Origin: Vermamoeba vermiformis
Taxonomy: Eukaryota
Assembly (NCBI GenBank): GCA_045837725.1
Contig: JBEWZL010000091.1
Location: 46,377 to 66,376, forward strand
Direction: 5' to 3'
DNA length: 20,000 nt
Positions 1-12,100 of the stretch are shown in pieces (the stretch's first letter is position 1; each line of letters starts with the position of its first letter). Below the pieces are notes generated by a model. It was not told the DNA's origin. It ran no database searches and saw only the letters and a program-made list of their open reading frames with translations. The position numbers and the translations under genes were made by a program.

Positions 1-1669
1 ACCGAGTTAAAGTCCAAGCAATTTGAAAACATGCACGTGATTTTTAGCTGCGGCTATTTTATCGCATTGAAAATTGGTCGTTACGGCCCTGATAGCAGAC
101 AACTTTTCGTCTACAAAGCTGACCCTGATAATCTCACAAATGTACCTAGTGACCCTATAACTATACTACGTGCGTGTCTATAGTGTCTGACTGTGATTTA
201 GACTAATTCAAATTCATGAATAGAATTCCCAAGCCGTACTTCCACCAGCTACGACGCGCATATTCTCAGTCATCGGTATTTACTGCACAGAGAAACAGTT
301 GATATGTAAGTCTATATTAGTATCAAAATATAGACTTAAAGAGCAACAGAGGTGTCGGAAACTCTTCGATGATGGTTTACGATTTGCAGCAAAGTGCTAC
401 AGTTCCGCTGGCAAAATTTTCGTTCGAAGGCTATGTACTATTCTTGAACGAAGAGTATGTAGTGACTGCAAGAAGAGGATTCCCTACAGAACTCTACATT
501 CTTGAATGGAGAAAGGTATGTTCCTTAGCGCGCGTCATGAGCGTACGTACTTATTTCTTCCGTTAAAAGGCAAGCGGGAAAATTGACCCAGAGAGCATGA
601 TAAAGATAGAAAGCGATGCAAAAGTATATGATGCGGCTGTTTCTGGTGATAGGGTCAGTTCTCGTTCAGCAGCGATTTTCACGTACTAACCTCTTGTAGT
701 TGCTGTTGTTCAAATATAAGGACGGTGACACTGTGGATAGTTTGGCATTGTGGGATTTAAAAACCAAGAAATTACTCTTAACGATGGAAGGTGAAGATAT
801 TTTACCAGATGTACGTCAACACGAGGTTGTTTTTGAAGAAATTCTCTAGTTCTGATAGCTAATTCCAGAGCAAAATATCTTGTTTTCACGGGGACTTTTG
901 TTTCCTTATTGGCCTTGACCGTACGATAGCATTAGATTTGTCGACTGGAGCTGTAATTCAGCGCATTAGCATTGGCGAAATTATCAACATTGAACCTATT
1001 CTCGATGAAGACGGACTGTGCGGGAAGTTCTATATTGTAGGGGCACTCACGCGAGGAATTTTAGATTTAAGTAGTCCTCTGATCAACAGAAAGTTCCAAG
1101 TTATAGTTTTGCCCGCCGTTCATTCGATTAAAGCTGCTATGGATAATATTCAACGTGTGGAGGTCGTGTACGGCGATTTATCGAAAACCTTTCCAGAGTT
1201 GTGCAAAACTGAACCTCGTCACATCGAATCGCAAGTACTGTTAGTTAAAGAAAAAAAGTTCAGGTATCAAAAACATTTCTGCGATTGATTGCTTTCGCTC
1301 ATAATCTTGCAGGTACATTCTTGTGTTCAACTGTAAGGGAGAAAAGAAAGAGGAGACGTCAAGAATTGTAAAGAAGTTGTTGCTGCGTGCGACGAAACTA
1401 CCACATAGCGACAATTGTCCCATTCATTGCGTTACTTTAGACTGGGTTGCCGATGCCTTCGATGAACGGTAATATCACCCAGTTACAAATCTAAACTCTT
1501 GTAACCTGTTTGTAGATTGGACGGTGAGGGAGGGAACATACTGCAATCACTGCGTGGCTATGGTCCATCGATATTGATGTACGAAGAGTGGAGCGAGACC
1601 GATGGTTGGATACCTACGAATGTTCCAAACTCGTTTGATCTAAAGAAACTCAAAAAGCAGATGAAATGA
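1..1669 (+). CDS. 5'-truncated multi-exon gene, beta-propeller/WD40-like protein of unknown function
   Basis: Exons join in frame across GT-AG introns (e.g. 170-223, 306-349, 516-569, 1264-1312) and incorporate ORFs 369.. and 938..; the product ends EEWSETDGWIPTNVPNSFDLKKLKKQMK, TGA at 1667-1669. Motifs such as MVYDLQ and LALWDLKTKKLLLTMEG resemble propeller blades. The family assignment is inference. Confidence 0.7.
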
Positions 1670-1718
1670 CGAAAGTAATTAGTATTTTATGTACAAATTT
1701 ACAAGCACACGTAAATTA

Positions 1719-4700
1719 TTACGAGAACAAGTCAATCAAGTCATCGGCAGTCAGCTTGGTGGAGATTTCGGACTTGCGCAGAGCTCCTTCAGCGAGCTTT
1801 CTCTTCTTTTCTTGCAGCGCGAGAATGCGGTCTTCGACAGAGTTTTGTATGGTGAATCGGATCACGTGCACAGGTTTGGTTTGGCCGACACGATGCACAC
1901 GGTCAATGGCTTGTTCTTCAGCTGCTGGATTCCACCAAGGATCCAACAGGAATACGTTGTTAGCTTCAATCAAGTTCAAACCAAGACCTCCTGCCTTCAG
2001 AGACATGAGCAGAATGGTGATGTCCTCTTTCTCTTTAAAGGCGTCAATTTGTTGTTTGCGCTTTTGAATATTCATCGAGCCGTCCAAGCGAGAGAATGTC
2101 CAACCATGCTCTTTGAGCGGGTATTCAATCAAGTCTAACATGCTCGTCCATTGGCTGAAAATAATGGACTTGCACTTGGGATCTTTTTCTTTAACTTTCT
2201 TTAGCTCTTCCAACAACGCTTTGACCTTTGTGCTCGATTTAATGGCTCGTCCAGGCATTACGTTGAAAGATCCGATATCAATGTCCAAGTTGTTTGATTT
2301 GACGACGTAAGGCTTCATCGAATCCTCCTTCTGCGGAACAGTTAATTTCACGAAGCAAGAGAGCGTACAATTACTTACCAAATCAGCATTGCACACAGGA
2401 CAAGCAAAACTAGCAGTGCCCTTTTCGATCTTAATTTGATTGGTGTTGTTTGCCGTTGCATCGGACTTTGGGTCGTCATCAGTCTTCTTCGTCTTGACGC
2501 ACGACTTGCAGAACACGTGCTTGCATGAACTGATGACGGGGTCTTCAAGTACGTCATTGCAAACTGGGCACACCGTCACTGCACTCTCTTTGGAGTCGTC
2601 TTTCTTGGTTTCAGCTTCTTTTTCTTGGGGTTTATCGTCCTTGCTCTTCTCATCTTTCTTCTCATCACTGTCGTTGTTGTTGCTTGACTTCTCGGGCGTC
2701 GTATCTTTCTTGCCTTTCATCTTGCTTCCTTTCTCGGTTGTCTTTTTGTTCTTGCTTGCGCGCGTTGTGACTTTAGTCTTCTTTTCCTCGACATTACCAA
2801 GGAGCACTTGTCCTTTGACTGCTAAATAGGGGTGATCGCAGGCTTGACGTAGCCTCAGCAACAGCACCAAGATGTGCGTGTAGTTTTGAATAATAGTGCC
2901 TGACTTGACATAGTCATCGAATTCGACTTTGGACTTGGCATACATGGCTTGATAAATATCGTCCTCCTGCAACAGCGAAGTTAGTGTCTTGTTTTGGAAG
3001 GTCGTGATTTATGTTACTAGTCGTACCTCTTTAGAGAAGGCATCGGCTCTAAGGATGACGTTTCGTTCAGGAAGTGTTAGGATTGGTTTGCCATCAATTT
3101 CCATGTCCTTAGTTCGGCAGATCAAAATTGGATGCAAAATCGATTGAAGCAAAGCAAATCCCTTTTGAGTCAATCTGTCGGCAATAGATGACTTCCAGAA
3201 CGAGTAGTCAGCGTAGGGACTGTACTGCAAGAACTTCAACAAGCTGTACAAGTCGTCCAAGCTGTTTTGGATGGGAGTGCCCGTCATAGCCCATCTTTTC
3301 TTGGCATCGAGAGCGCAACACGCACGTGCTTGACGCGTCGCTCTGTTTTTGATAGAGTGCGCTTCGTCTAAAACAACGCGGTACCATTTGACTTTCTGTG
3401 AAGGACCAAGCGGATCCGTTTCCACTAAGGCAATGAATTAGCAACTGATTAATAGTTAGCCTAAAATATACCTTTGGGGTACTCGCTCGCAATTGTAGCA
3501 TACGTGCTGATAACAACATCGTATTCTGCGAGTTCTTTTGCACTCTTTGAGCGTGTTTGTCCGTGGTGAATTCTCACTTTGCTGTGAGGGTTGACGTTAG
3601 CATGTTTGGACTTGATGTTTGAGGTACTTACAAAAGACCATCAGCGGACTTGGTGGTAATTTCTTTGTACCACTGACTGACGCAAGACAACGGGCAGATA
3701 ATGAGCGTAGCTTTGCGTTTGGGGTCTGGTTGTTTGGCTTTCGATTTTCCTTTGACACGCTCGGCTTCAGCAGCGGGAGTATTGTGGATGATGCACGAGA
3801 GCATTTCACTGGAAGAGTCGTTAGTTATCCTGAAGGACCAGACCATAAGAAATAACATACATAGTTTTGCCCAAACCCATTTGGTCCGCAACAATGCCAC
3901 CAGCAGGCTCCATGCCCTCTCGCTTCGTCATCCACGCAAGCGCTTGTTTCTGGTACTTGAACAGCGGAACTTTAAGATCTTTCGGCGTATCGAGTTCGTC
4001 TTTGAGTTCTTTTGGACTCTGCAAGATCTTATTGACGAGGGACTGCACTGGTTGGGAGGTGTATTGCGGTTGTGCATCAATGCGAAGAGGAGCTTCGGGT
4101 TTGTTGGAAATGCTCGGTACTGCGTGCACATTGTTAGATTGACTCCACTGAGAACGAAAACGACTTACGGTCGGGAGTGTGAGTCAGCAGATCAGTTGTA
4201 AGTCCAGACATCATCGTTGAAGACAAGATTGACGAGATGGAATCAATGCTCGGCAACTCTCCCGAGGCTGTCGAGTTCGGTGAATTACCAAACGAAGTTG
4301 TGGACATAAGTGGCTTGGACCCTAGATCGTGCCATCGTTAGCAAAAAAGAAAGTAATCCTTGGGCTAACGTACGTTTTGAATCTTGTGCTGCGATAAAAG
4401 AGGCCCAGTCTGTCTTGAACGGATTTTCGTTGCCAGTAGTTTCAGTAAACGCTGAAACAGAATTAAGTTAGTTTAACGAAGCTGCACAGGTTCGCATCAT
4501 ACGTTTCTTTACGGGTATACTATGACCACTGCCGATATTGAGTTCAATGTGCCTTGGCGGCGCTGGATCCAACTGAACGAGACCTTAGCGCCAAATGCCT
4601 TATAGAATTAGTACTTACGAATGGTGCAAACAATTCTTTCATCACGGGGTCGGTAGCCTTGCTCGGGTCAAATGTTGGCATGATACCAGAGAGCTGTGCA

Positions 4701-6288
4701 GCCCCGACCAGTGGAGGCTTTGGCTGTGAAGTAGGCAGAGGGTACGGCAACGTAACCACAACCTTTGGAGGTCGAGGAGGCTCGGGCTTGATAGGAACTG
4801 TAGGAGGCGTCGTGGCCTGTTGTTGAGAAGCAGTGTCTAGTGAAGAGATTGTCTGCGTGTTATTCAGAACTTGTTTGAGCATCTCATCGGTCTCCATCAT
4901 CGACTTGCGAATACGCTCGACAAAATCTTCGTCTTCAGCTTCAGTCGCATTCAGCTTCTCTGCAATCTTGCGCAACTCTTCTGCTGACACTTCTCGTTTA
5001 ATGACTCCGTCGACCTTCTGTTTCTTGGCGGCTGGTTCTTCGTCTTGAGAATCAATAATTTCTTCCACCTTCCGCTTTTGTCCAGTCAACGTTCCATTTT
5101 CAGCCATGTCGTTGTCAACGATAACCACCTCGTCATCGCTCGTGTGATTGAGAGTGCTCGATTGAGGGACTTGTGTTTGTTCATCGTTCACCAAGTCCAG
5201 CAACTCTTCCATGAGCTGACTCTCGTTTTGTTGGGAGAACTGTTCTTGACTCTGCTCCACGGAGAATTCATTGCCTTTCAACGCCTCGAGAGCCAACAGC
5301 AGCTTGCGTCGCAATTCAGGATCGTTTATTTGAAGTACTGACTCGAGGTCATCTTCAGATAAGCTTTCCAATATCTCGCCATCAATGCCTTCCTCTTCAA
5401 GGTTCTTTTTGTAATCTTTAGCATCAGGAAAGTTCATCTCGAACCAAGCAGTGACCTCATCGACACTCCAATCTGACAGTGGTTTCTTTGGCTGCAGGGA
5501 CTTGTTAGATAAACGTAAATCACCTCACTGACTCACTTTCTGCATTGATTCGTTCAAAATTTCAATTTCTGGTTCAACTTCTTCGTGGTCGACGACAACA
5601 CGGGGGGACGCTATGTCTAAAATAAAAATGAATAAACTCGGCTAACAACCGTAGGTAGTGTACCTTTCGGATTAATGAACGTGTACACCAGATCCGAAGC
5701 TGGATTGTGTACTGGGGCACCAACTTCATGATTTACCACGCCACCGAACACAATGATATCATTATGCCTAAAATACGATATCAGTATTTGATACAAAGCA
5801 GAAAGCAGTGACGTACTTCAATATAGCTTCTTTGACGCGAATTCCATTTACAGCTAGACCGTTCAAACTGTTGTTGTCGGTAAGTTTGTATTGAATATTA
5901 TCACCATCTTCGATGCGTTCGATAATAGCGTGGACTCGCGATATCAATTTTGGCATTTTCGGAGAATCAAGTACGCTGGCCGGATGTCAGTAATCTATTG
6001 ACGAATAGTGCAATACAGATGCTTACATATCGCTAGCTTGTGACAATCTACCAAGTTTGAGCGTTTTTGGTTGCAAATTTATAACCGCAGGCGTATTAGG
6101 GCTGGATCGAGGAATTAATATTAGAATATTTTATTTTATTTGTATTTAGCTAAAATAACCATTGTAAAATATTGCCAGAGTTTTATAATAATTTTAACGA
6201 TTATTCAGTATTTAATTTTGACTTACCCCGCGATCTGAGGGTCAACCAGCTGTAAAAAGGCAAAACTATTATCGTGTGGCGAGTTCAT
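1719..6288 (-). CDS. Rad5/Rad16-like SNF2 ATPase with C3HC4 RING and N-terminal FHA and SAM domains (multi-exon)
   Basis: Motif I GGIVADQMGLGKT, Ia TLIICPLS, II VVLDEAHSIKN, III MTGTPIQN, RING CPVC..CKHVFCKSC..CPVC, HELICc SLKAGGLGLNL/QAIDRVHRVGQ. FHA: LKLGR..ISRVHA..DNNSLNGLAVNG. SAM: WSVDEVTAWFEMNFPDAKDYKKNLEEEGIDGEILESLSEDDLESVLQI..RRKLLLAL. Putative ATG at 6288 (MNSPHDNSFAF). Confidence 0.92.
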
Positions 6289-6557
6289 ATTATTCCTACG
6301 TTCAAATATCTAATTAACTTGAATTTGAAGCGCAGTTGTGGTGCACCCTCGATCTGATTTCTTCGAAGAAAAATATTCGAATAAATAACTTGATTTGCAC
6401 CACAAAAGATTAGCCTTCTAGTTGTCTATAATTGGAAGTATGCTCTATTGTGTTTGTTTAAATTTGGTTCTTCACTGAATCGCGCGATTCAACCAGGGCT
6501 CGCAGCGGAGATCGAAACCCACGGCGATTTACACACTCATTTTTAAAAGATTCAGCT

Positions 6558-8425
6558 ATGAGCACCAAAGAAGCAGAAAATTTAGAGCTACTGCAGCACG
6601 ATCATCATGGCGATGATTGGAAGATGGATGTAGCCAAGCTCGGTCCTTTCAAAAAGACAGACGAAGATCTTAAATCAATTAAAGATAAAAAGAAGAAAAA
6701 ATTCTATAAGAAGCAAAACGAACTTATTGATGAGCTCGAGAAGATAGAATCTGGAGAGTTGTCGAATAAAAAAGAAGAAGAGCGTATTGGTAAGTTTTTA
6801 AACACGAAATATAATATTGACCATACTGCTGGTACCCAAATACGCACGAGGATTTTTTTTATAAAGTTTTGTGGACCAAATGGACAACTTCTGATCAATT
6901 TCCAAATCTAGCTCGTCGTGGCCAAGTTGCTGTCCGTTTGTCCTTCGCCTTGAACGTAGTCTTAATCGGAATAAAATTAGCCATCGTAATTCGATCAGGC
7001 TCAATCTCGGTTATCGCATCGGTAATCGACTCATGTTTGGACATTGTTTCTGGCTCAATTATTTTCGTAACTAGTTGCTTGATGCGCCGCAAGGTAAGTA
7101 TCGATGAAAATATCATAACACACTTCGTTTATATTGGTAAATCTTTGTTTAAATTTCTTTTACGGAGTTTGGTTTGTGCCCATCTAATTTCCTTTTGTGT
7201 TTATCGCAGAATAAATATAAATACCCGGCCGGAAAGACCCGTTTAGAGCCTCTCGGAATCGTAGTATTCGCAACATGTATGTTTACAGCATCTTTTCAAG
7301 TAGTGGTAAGTTGCAAAATACAAAAATACGGAAATTTGTTCTAATTACGTTCTGTGAACAGACTGAAGCAATCCGACGGCTCATAAACCAGGAACAGACT
7401 TTGGAGATTGACATATGGTCTATTGCTGGTCTTGCCGCTGTCGTACTTATCAAGCTATTTTTGCTTGTGTTTTGTATTACGTACGCTAAAGGAAGCGAAT
7501 CCGCAGCAGCTTTGGCCCAAGATCACCGAAATGACGTTATTTCGAACTCTTTCAGCATTGCAGCGGTATTACTCGCTTTCTACTATGTTTGGTGGTTGGA
7601 TCCTGCTGGTGGTATGGCAATTGCTCTTTACATCATGATTAATTGGTAAGTTCCTTAGCTATTCGGAGTTCATGTCATATTCTAACAATAGTATATTAGG
7701 GCCATTACTGGTTTACGTATGTTGCTGTCTCGGAGTTAGTAGATGTTCTTTCTAACGTATTTTTAGGCTTGGTCCGTATGTTAACTGGCAAGGCAGCAAA
7801 GCGTGAGTTTGTACAAAAGATCACGTTCTTGTGCTGGAATCATCACCCGCAAATCAAGGCCATTGATACCGTCCGTGCGTACCACTTGGCTCACGGTTAC
7901 TTGGTCGAAGTCGATATCATCCTTGACGAAGGCATGGCCTTGAAGTAAGTTTTTCCGCATCGATGCGCAGGAATGTGTAACTCAATGACTTCAGGGACGC
8001 ACACGACATTGGTGAGACTCTTCAGAACAAGCTCGAGAAATTCCCAGGTAAGCACGCACAATCAATGATGAAACGTGGTTTGCCTAACAGATTTATTTCG
8101 TATTTTAGAAGTCGAGCGCTGTTTCGTGCACTTAGATTACGAAGCGCGCCACGCTCCTGAACACGGCTCTATTTTCGAAGAGACCGAAAAGGAAAAGGCG
8201 GCAAGACTGAAGAAGGAAGAGAAGGCTAAAGCCAAGGCTGAAAAGAAGCAGTCCAATAGCCTTAAGAACAGCACCGAGGATTTGAAGAGCAGCGTTGAAT
8301 TGAAGACTAGCGGTAGCATTGAAATGAAAAAATCAACTTCATCTAGATCAATTTCAGAGCTCTCGGGATCCGAGGAGAAAGAGCGAATCGATGCTCACGC
8401 TGGAAAAAAATTGAACAAGGCCTAA
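6558..8425 (+). CDS. Cation diffusion facilitator, Mn-CDF (plant MTP8-11-like) metal tolerance protein (multi-exon)
   Basis: N-terminal KFYKKQNELID, SGSISVIASVIDSCLD (DxxxD), KYPAGKTRLEPLG, AQDHRNDV, WLDPAGG, IDTVRAYH..VEVDI, AHDIGETLQNKLE..EVERCFVHLDYE. Includes a 17-nt microexon at 7700-7716. Confidence 0.93.
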
Positions 8426-9172
8426 TGTAAGCCTATGGTTTGTAAATAAATAGTTTACGATCAGCGGAGTGCCAAATTTCAGTTTGTGATTTCCGTTTTT
8501 GTCTCATATTTACAGCGTTTTTGTTTGCGGCATTATTTGAAGCTCGTGTATACTAAAAGAAACAACAAAGGACAAGCCTTTTTGACGTGTCAAAAGCAGA
8601 TCTGTATTATTAACAGGCCGATCTTGTTCCGCACGTCTCGAAGCTTCCTTTTGTGCAGTGTATATTATTTTTATTATTTATATGTATTATTTATGGTATA
8701 GAATTAATTAGATATAACAAGGTATGTTCCCGCTTTATTTAATGACATACGAATAATAATAAATTACATCCGTCATAATAAATCAAACAAAATATCTACC
8801 ATTGGTCCAGTTAAATTCTAGAACCTACCTGGTCGTTGGTCTGGTTACAGCTCTAAAATTAAGCTGTCCTGTATTCGAAATCTAGAAACTTGCACGAAGG
8901 AAATTTGTTCTGAAGCATTACTTTTGTAGCTTAATGATATCTTATGTATTTAAATTTATTTAATGTCGCGATCTACTCAAATTTAGCCATCTAGATCATC
9001 TGATCGTTGCTTTCCCGAGAACACTTGATAAATCATTTAACATAAAATATTAAAATAAGAACCTTCTAAAAGAAAACATTGCTTTCCTTATTATTCCTGA
9101 CGGATGTCATTAAATAGATTTTTTGGAATTCAATAGAGAGGCACATAATTAACGCTATTTTAGTTTAGAATA

Positions 9173-12100
9173 ATGGCCAGCGAAAAGAATGTAAATAGTA
9201 CGGACGCTAAAGGCGGAGAGGATTTGCCCGTGGATGTTTCCAATCAAAGGCTCACAAAATTGCCGAATTGGGTCTACAACTCGCATGCCCTGTCCATGCT
9301 GAATGCGAAGAATAACAAGTTAGCTAGACTAGGCAAAAAAATATTCAAATTAACGCGACTGACGCACTTGAACTTGCGTAACAATAATTTGAAGAAGTTG
9401 ACGCGAGGAAATAGACTGGGTATCGAGAAGTTAACGTCACTACGGTATTTGGATCTGGGTCAAAATCAACTATCTAGATTACCAGTATCTATAGCGCAAT
9501 TGGCCCGATTAGATTCTCTCAGTATTGATCACAATCATTTAACACAGGTACGGCGCCGAGATCTCGCTGAGTAAATTACGATATTAATAACGGTATTTTT
9601 ATAGCTTCCTCGAGAGATGGCCACAGGGTTATCTAGACTACAGATACTTCATTTGGATTACAACAACATCGGCCCTACTTTGTTCAGTGCGACCAAAGCA
9701 CGTGAATCTTTTGACGGAGATGACAGTTCGGAAGAAGACGAAGAAGAGCCGATGCCAAATCAAACTATTATAACCGCAAATGGAGAGGCGTTTGATATTA
9801 GCACGAGCTGGAGTTCAACTCTGAAGCATCTAAGCGTTTCTTGGAACAGGCTAGTCGAATGCCCGGATGGCTTGGCACGTTTGGCGAGCTTGACTTACTT
9901 AGATCTCAGTCACAACCAATTGCGAGAGCTGCCTGACGACATTGGAAACTTGAGTCTCCTCCACACTCTAATCGCGAGCAGTAATCCGATCGAAACGCTT
10001 CCCTCGACCCTTCACAAGTTACACAATTCATTGCACACGCTGCACTTGGACTACAATAGGCTTCAGTTCATACCTCCTCAAGTTTATCAACTTACTAAGC
10101 TTGCCGAATTGAAACTGAACAACAACTTGATCGCTGAAATTGGTCACAACATTTCGCAACTGACGTCATTGAAGGTGCTGCATTTGAATGACAATAGAGT
10201 GCGCTACATCCCATTTGAACTCACAACGCTACCCGTGGTTCAAAGCGCAGTAGTCGACGTCTCAACAGGCATTCCGCTGACAGATATCAATCAACACGAT
10301 ATTCACAGCATTTTGTCGATGTCTGAGGAGACTCTGAGTCATAGCAACGAAGCAACTTTTGCCGTGCATCTCGAAGGCAATCCTCTGGAAGACCAAATCC
10401 CGCGCGAAGTTCTTAAGCTCGGCAATGCTGCTGTGATCTCATTCGTGCGATCAATCAATCAATCCAAAGCAAAGTGGCGCCGTGTCAAGCTGATGTTTGT
10501 TGGAGAGGAGAACGTAGGAAAGTCGACCTTGTTACGTATCTTGACCAGCAAGTTCTCGTCGGATTCTGCGGCCTCCAATTCAGCACAAGGAACAGGCTCC
10601 GAGCCTTCGATTTCCAATACTGTATCGGTGCTCAACTTACTAGGCTCGTCATCTGCTCCCAGCATACCCGTATCACTAAGTGCTGAGGTACCTACTCCAC
10701 GTGACTTGAATAAGAAAGCTACAGTGCGAGACCTTGGCAATTCAGCGGAGAAAAACAAAGCAACTGACGGAATCAAGATTTACGATTGGTTGCCTGAGAT
10801 GGACGAAGACATAACGAGCACGTTATCGCCCGAACAGATGGAAGACCTCAGCAAATATCCGTTGGTTTATTCTTGTTGGGACTTTGCTGGACAGGATGTG
10901 TATGTATTTTGATTATTGTTACAGCAATACGTTTACTAATAATACAAACAGGTACTACCCGACGCATCAATTTTTTTTGAGCGGCCGTTGCATCACATTG
11001 CTGATGTTCAACTTGACCGATGTTAAAGGATCTCGCATCGAGTACTGGTTGAAGGCGATTAAACAACGAGCTGGTGTTGGAGTGGGAGCTCCTGCTTGTC
11101 TATTAGTGGGTACTCACCGCGATGACAAAAGAGTTGCTGACGAGCGCATTTGGACCGACACTTTGGCCAAGCTGAAGCAGAAATATCAAAGCAAATTCCC
11201 GTTCATTAAGGGCTACTTCGCTATCAGTTGCAAGAGCTTCAAAGGCATTCGAGAGTTGAAGAACAAAGTCCTCGACTTGACGCTCAGCTCTCGTGTTATG
11301 TCACAGCAAGACGTGCCACTTGGTTGGGTCATGCTTGTCGATCACATCAAGCGAAAGAGACAACAAGAGCAAATAATTAACGTGGCACAATTCGCTCAGT
11401 TCGCACGATCATGTGCCGGTGTGGAAGTACCAGATATTCCGACGTTGGTACGATTCTACAACTCTGTTGGTATTCTGTCATTTTTCGATGACACTAGCGA
11501 CGACGCGCAATTTTTGAAGTTCATCAATATCAACAAACAGCCCAGCAAGAGCACCATGTTAAACGAGTTGGTCATTTTAAATCCTCAATGGATCGCCGAT
11601 TTGATGTCGACTATCATCACAATCAAGCACTCGTTTGCAAAGGACGGTGTGTTGATGGAGTCAGATCTGCCTCAGATATGGCGAGACTATCCCACGGCCA
11701 TGTACGATGCACTGTTGAACCTGCTGGAGAAGTTCGAAGTGGCTTACAGACTAAGAAATTCCAATTTGATTGTCTCACCTGCTATTACTTTCTTGGCGAA
11801 GCTACCAATGCGCTACGAACGAATCAAACGCAAGAACAGACCTGGACGTAGCAACACTGTGTTTGCACTCAATTATCAAGACCCAGAAGTACCGGATTCA
11901 ACAGAAGATATGACCGGTGGACGCGAGAGAAGTGGCACTGTCATCGTTCATGATTCATTGCCGCCATTTGATATGAGTGCCCTGGAGAGCCCGCCAATCA
12001 ATGACATTACTAACTCGGTCACGAAATCTCCTCGGGATAGTCCACTTCGAGAGGCAAGAGATGACGCGGGGTTGAAGAAAGCAACGAAAGGCAGCGCTGC

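Noticed and set aside
5280-5480. Host SAM domain as the source of the transposon SAM-like domain
   Set aside because: Only the generic SAM pattern is shared; no specific sequence similarity is visible.
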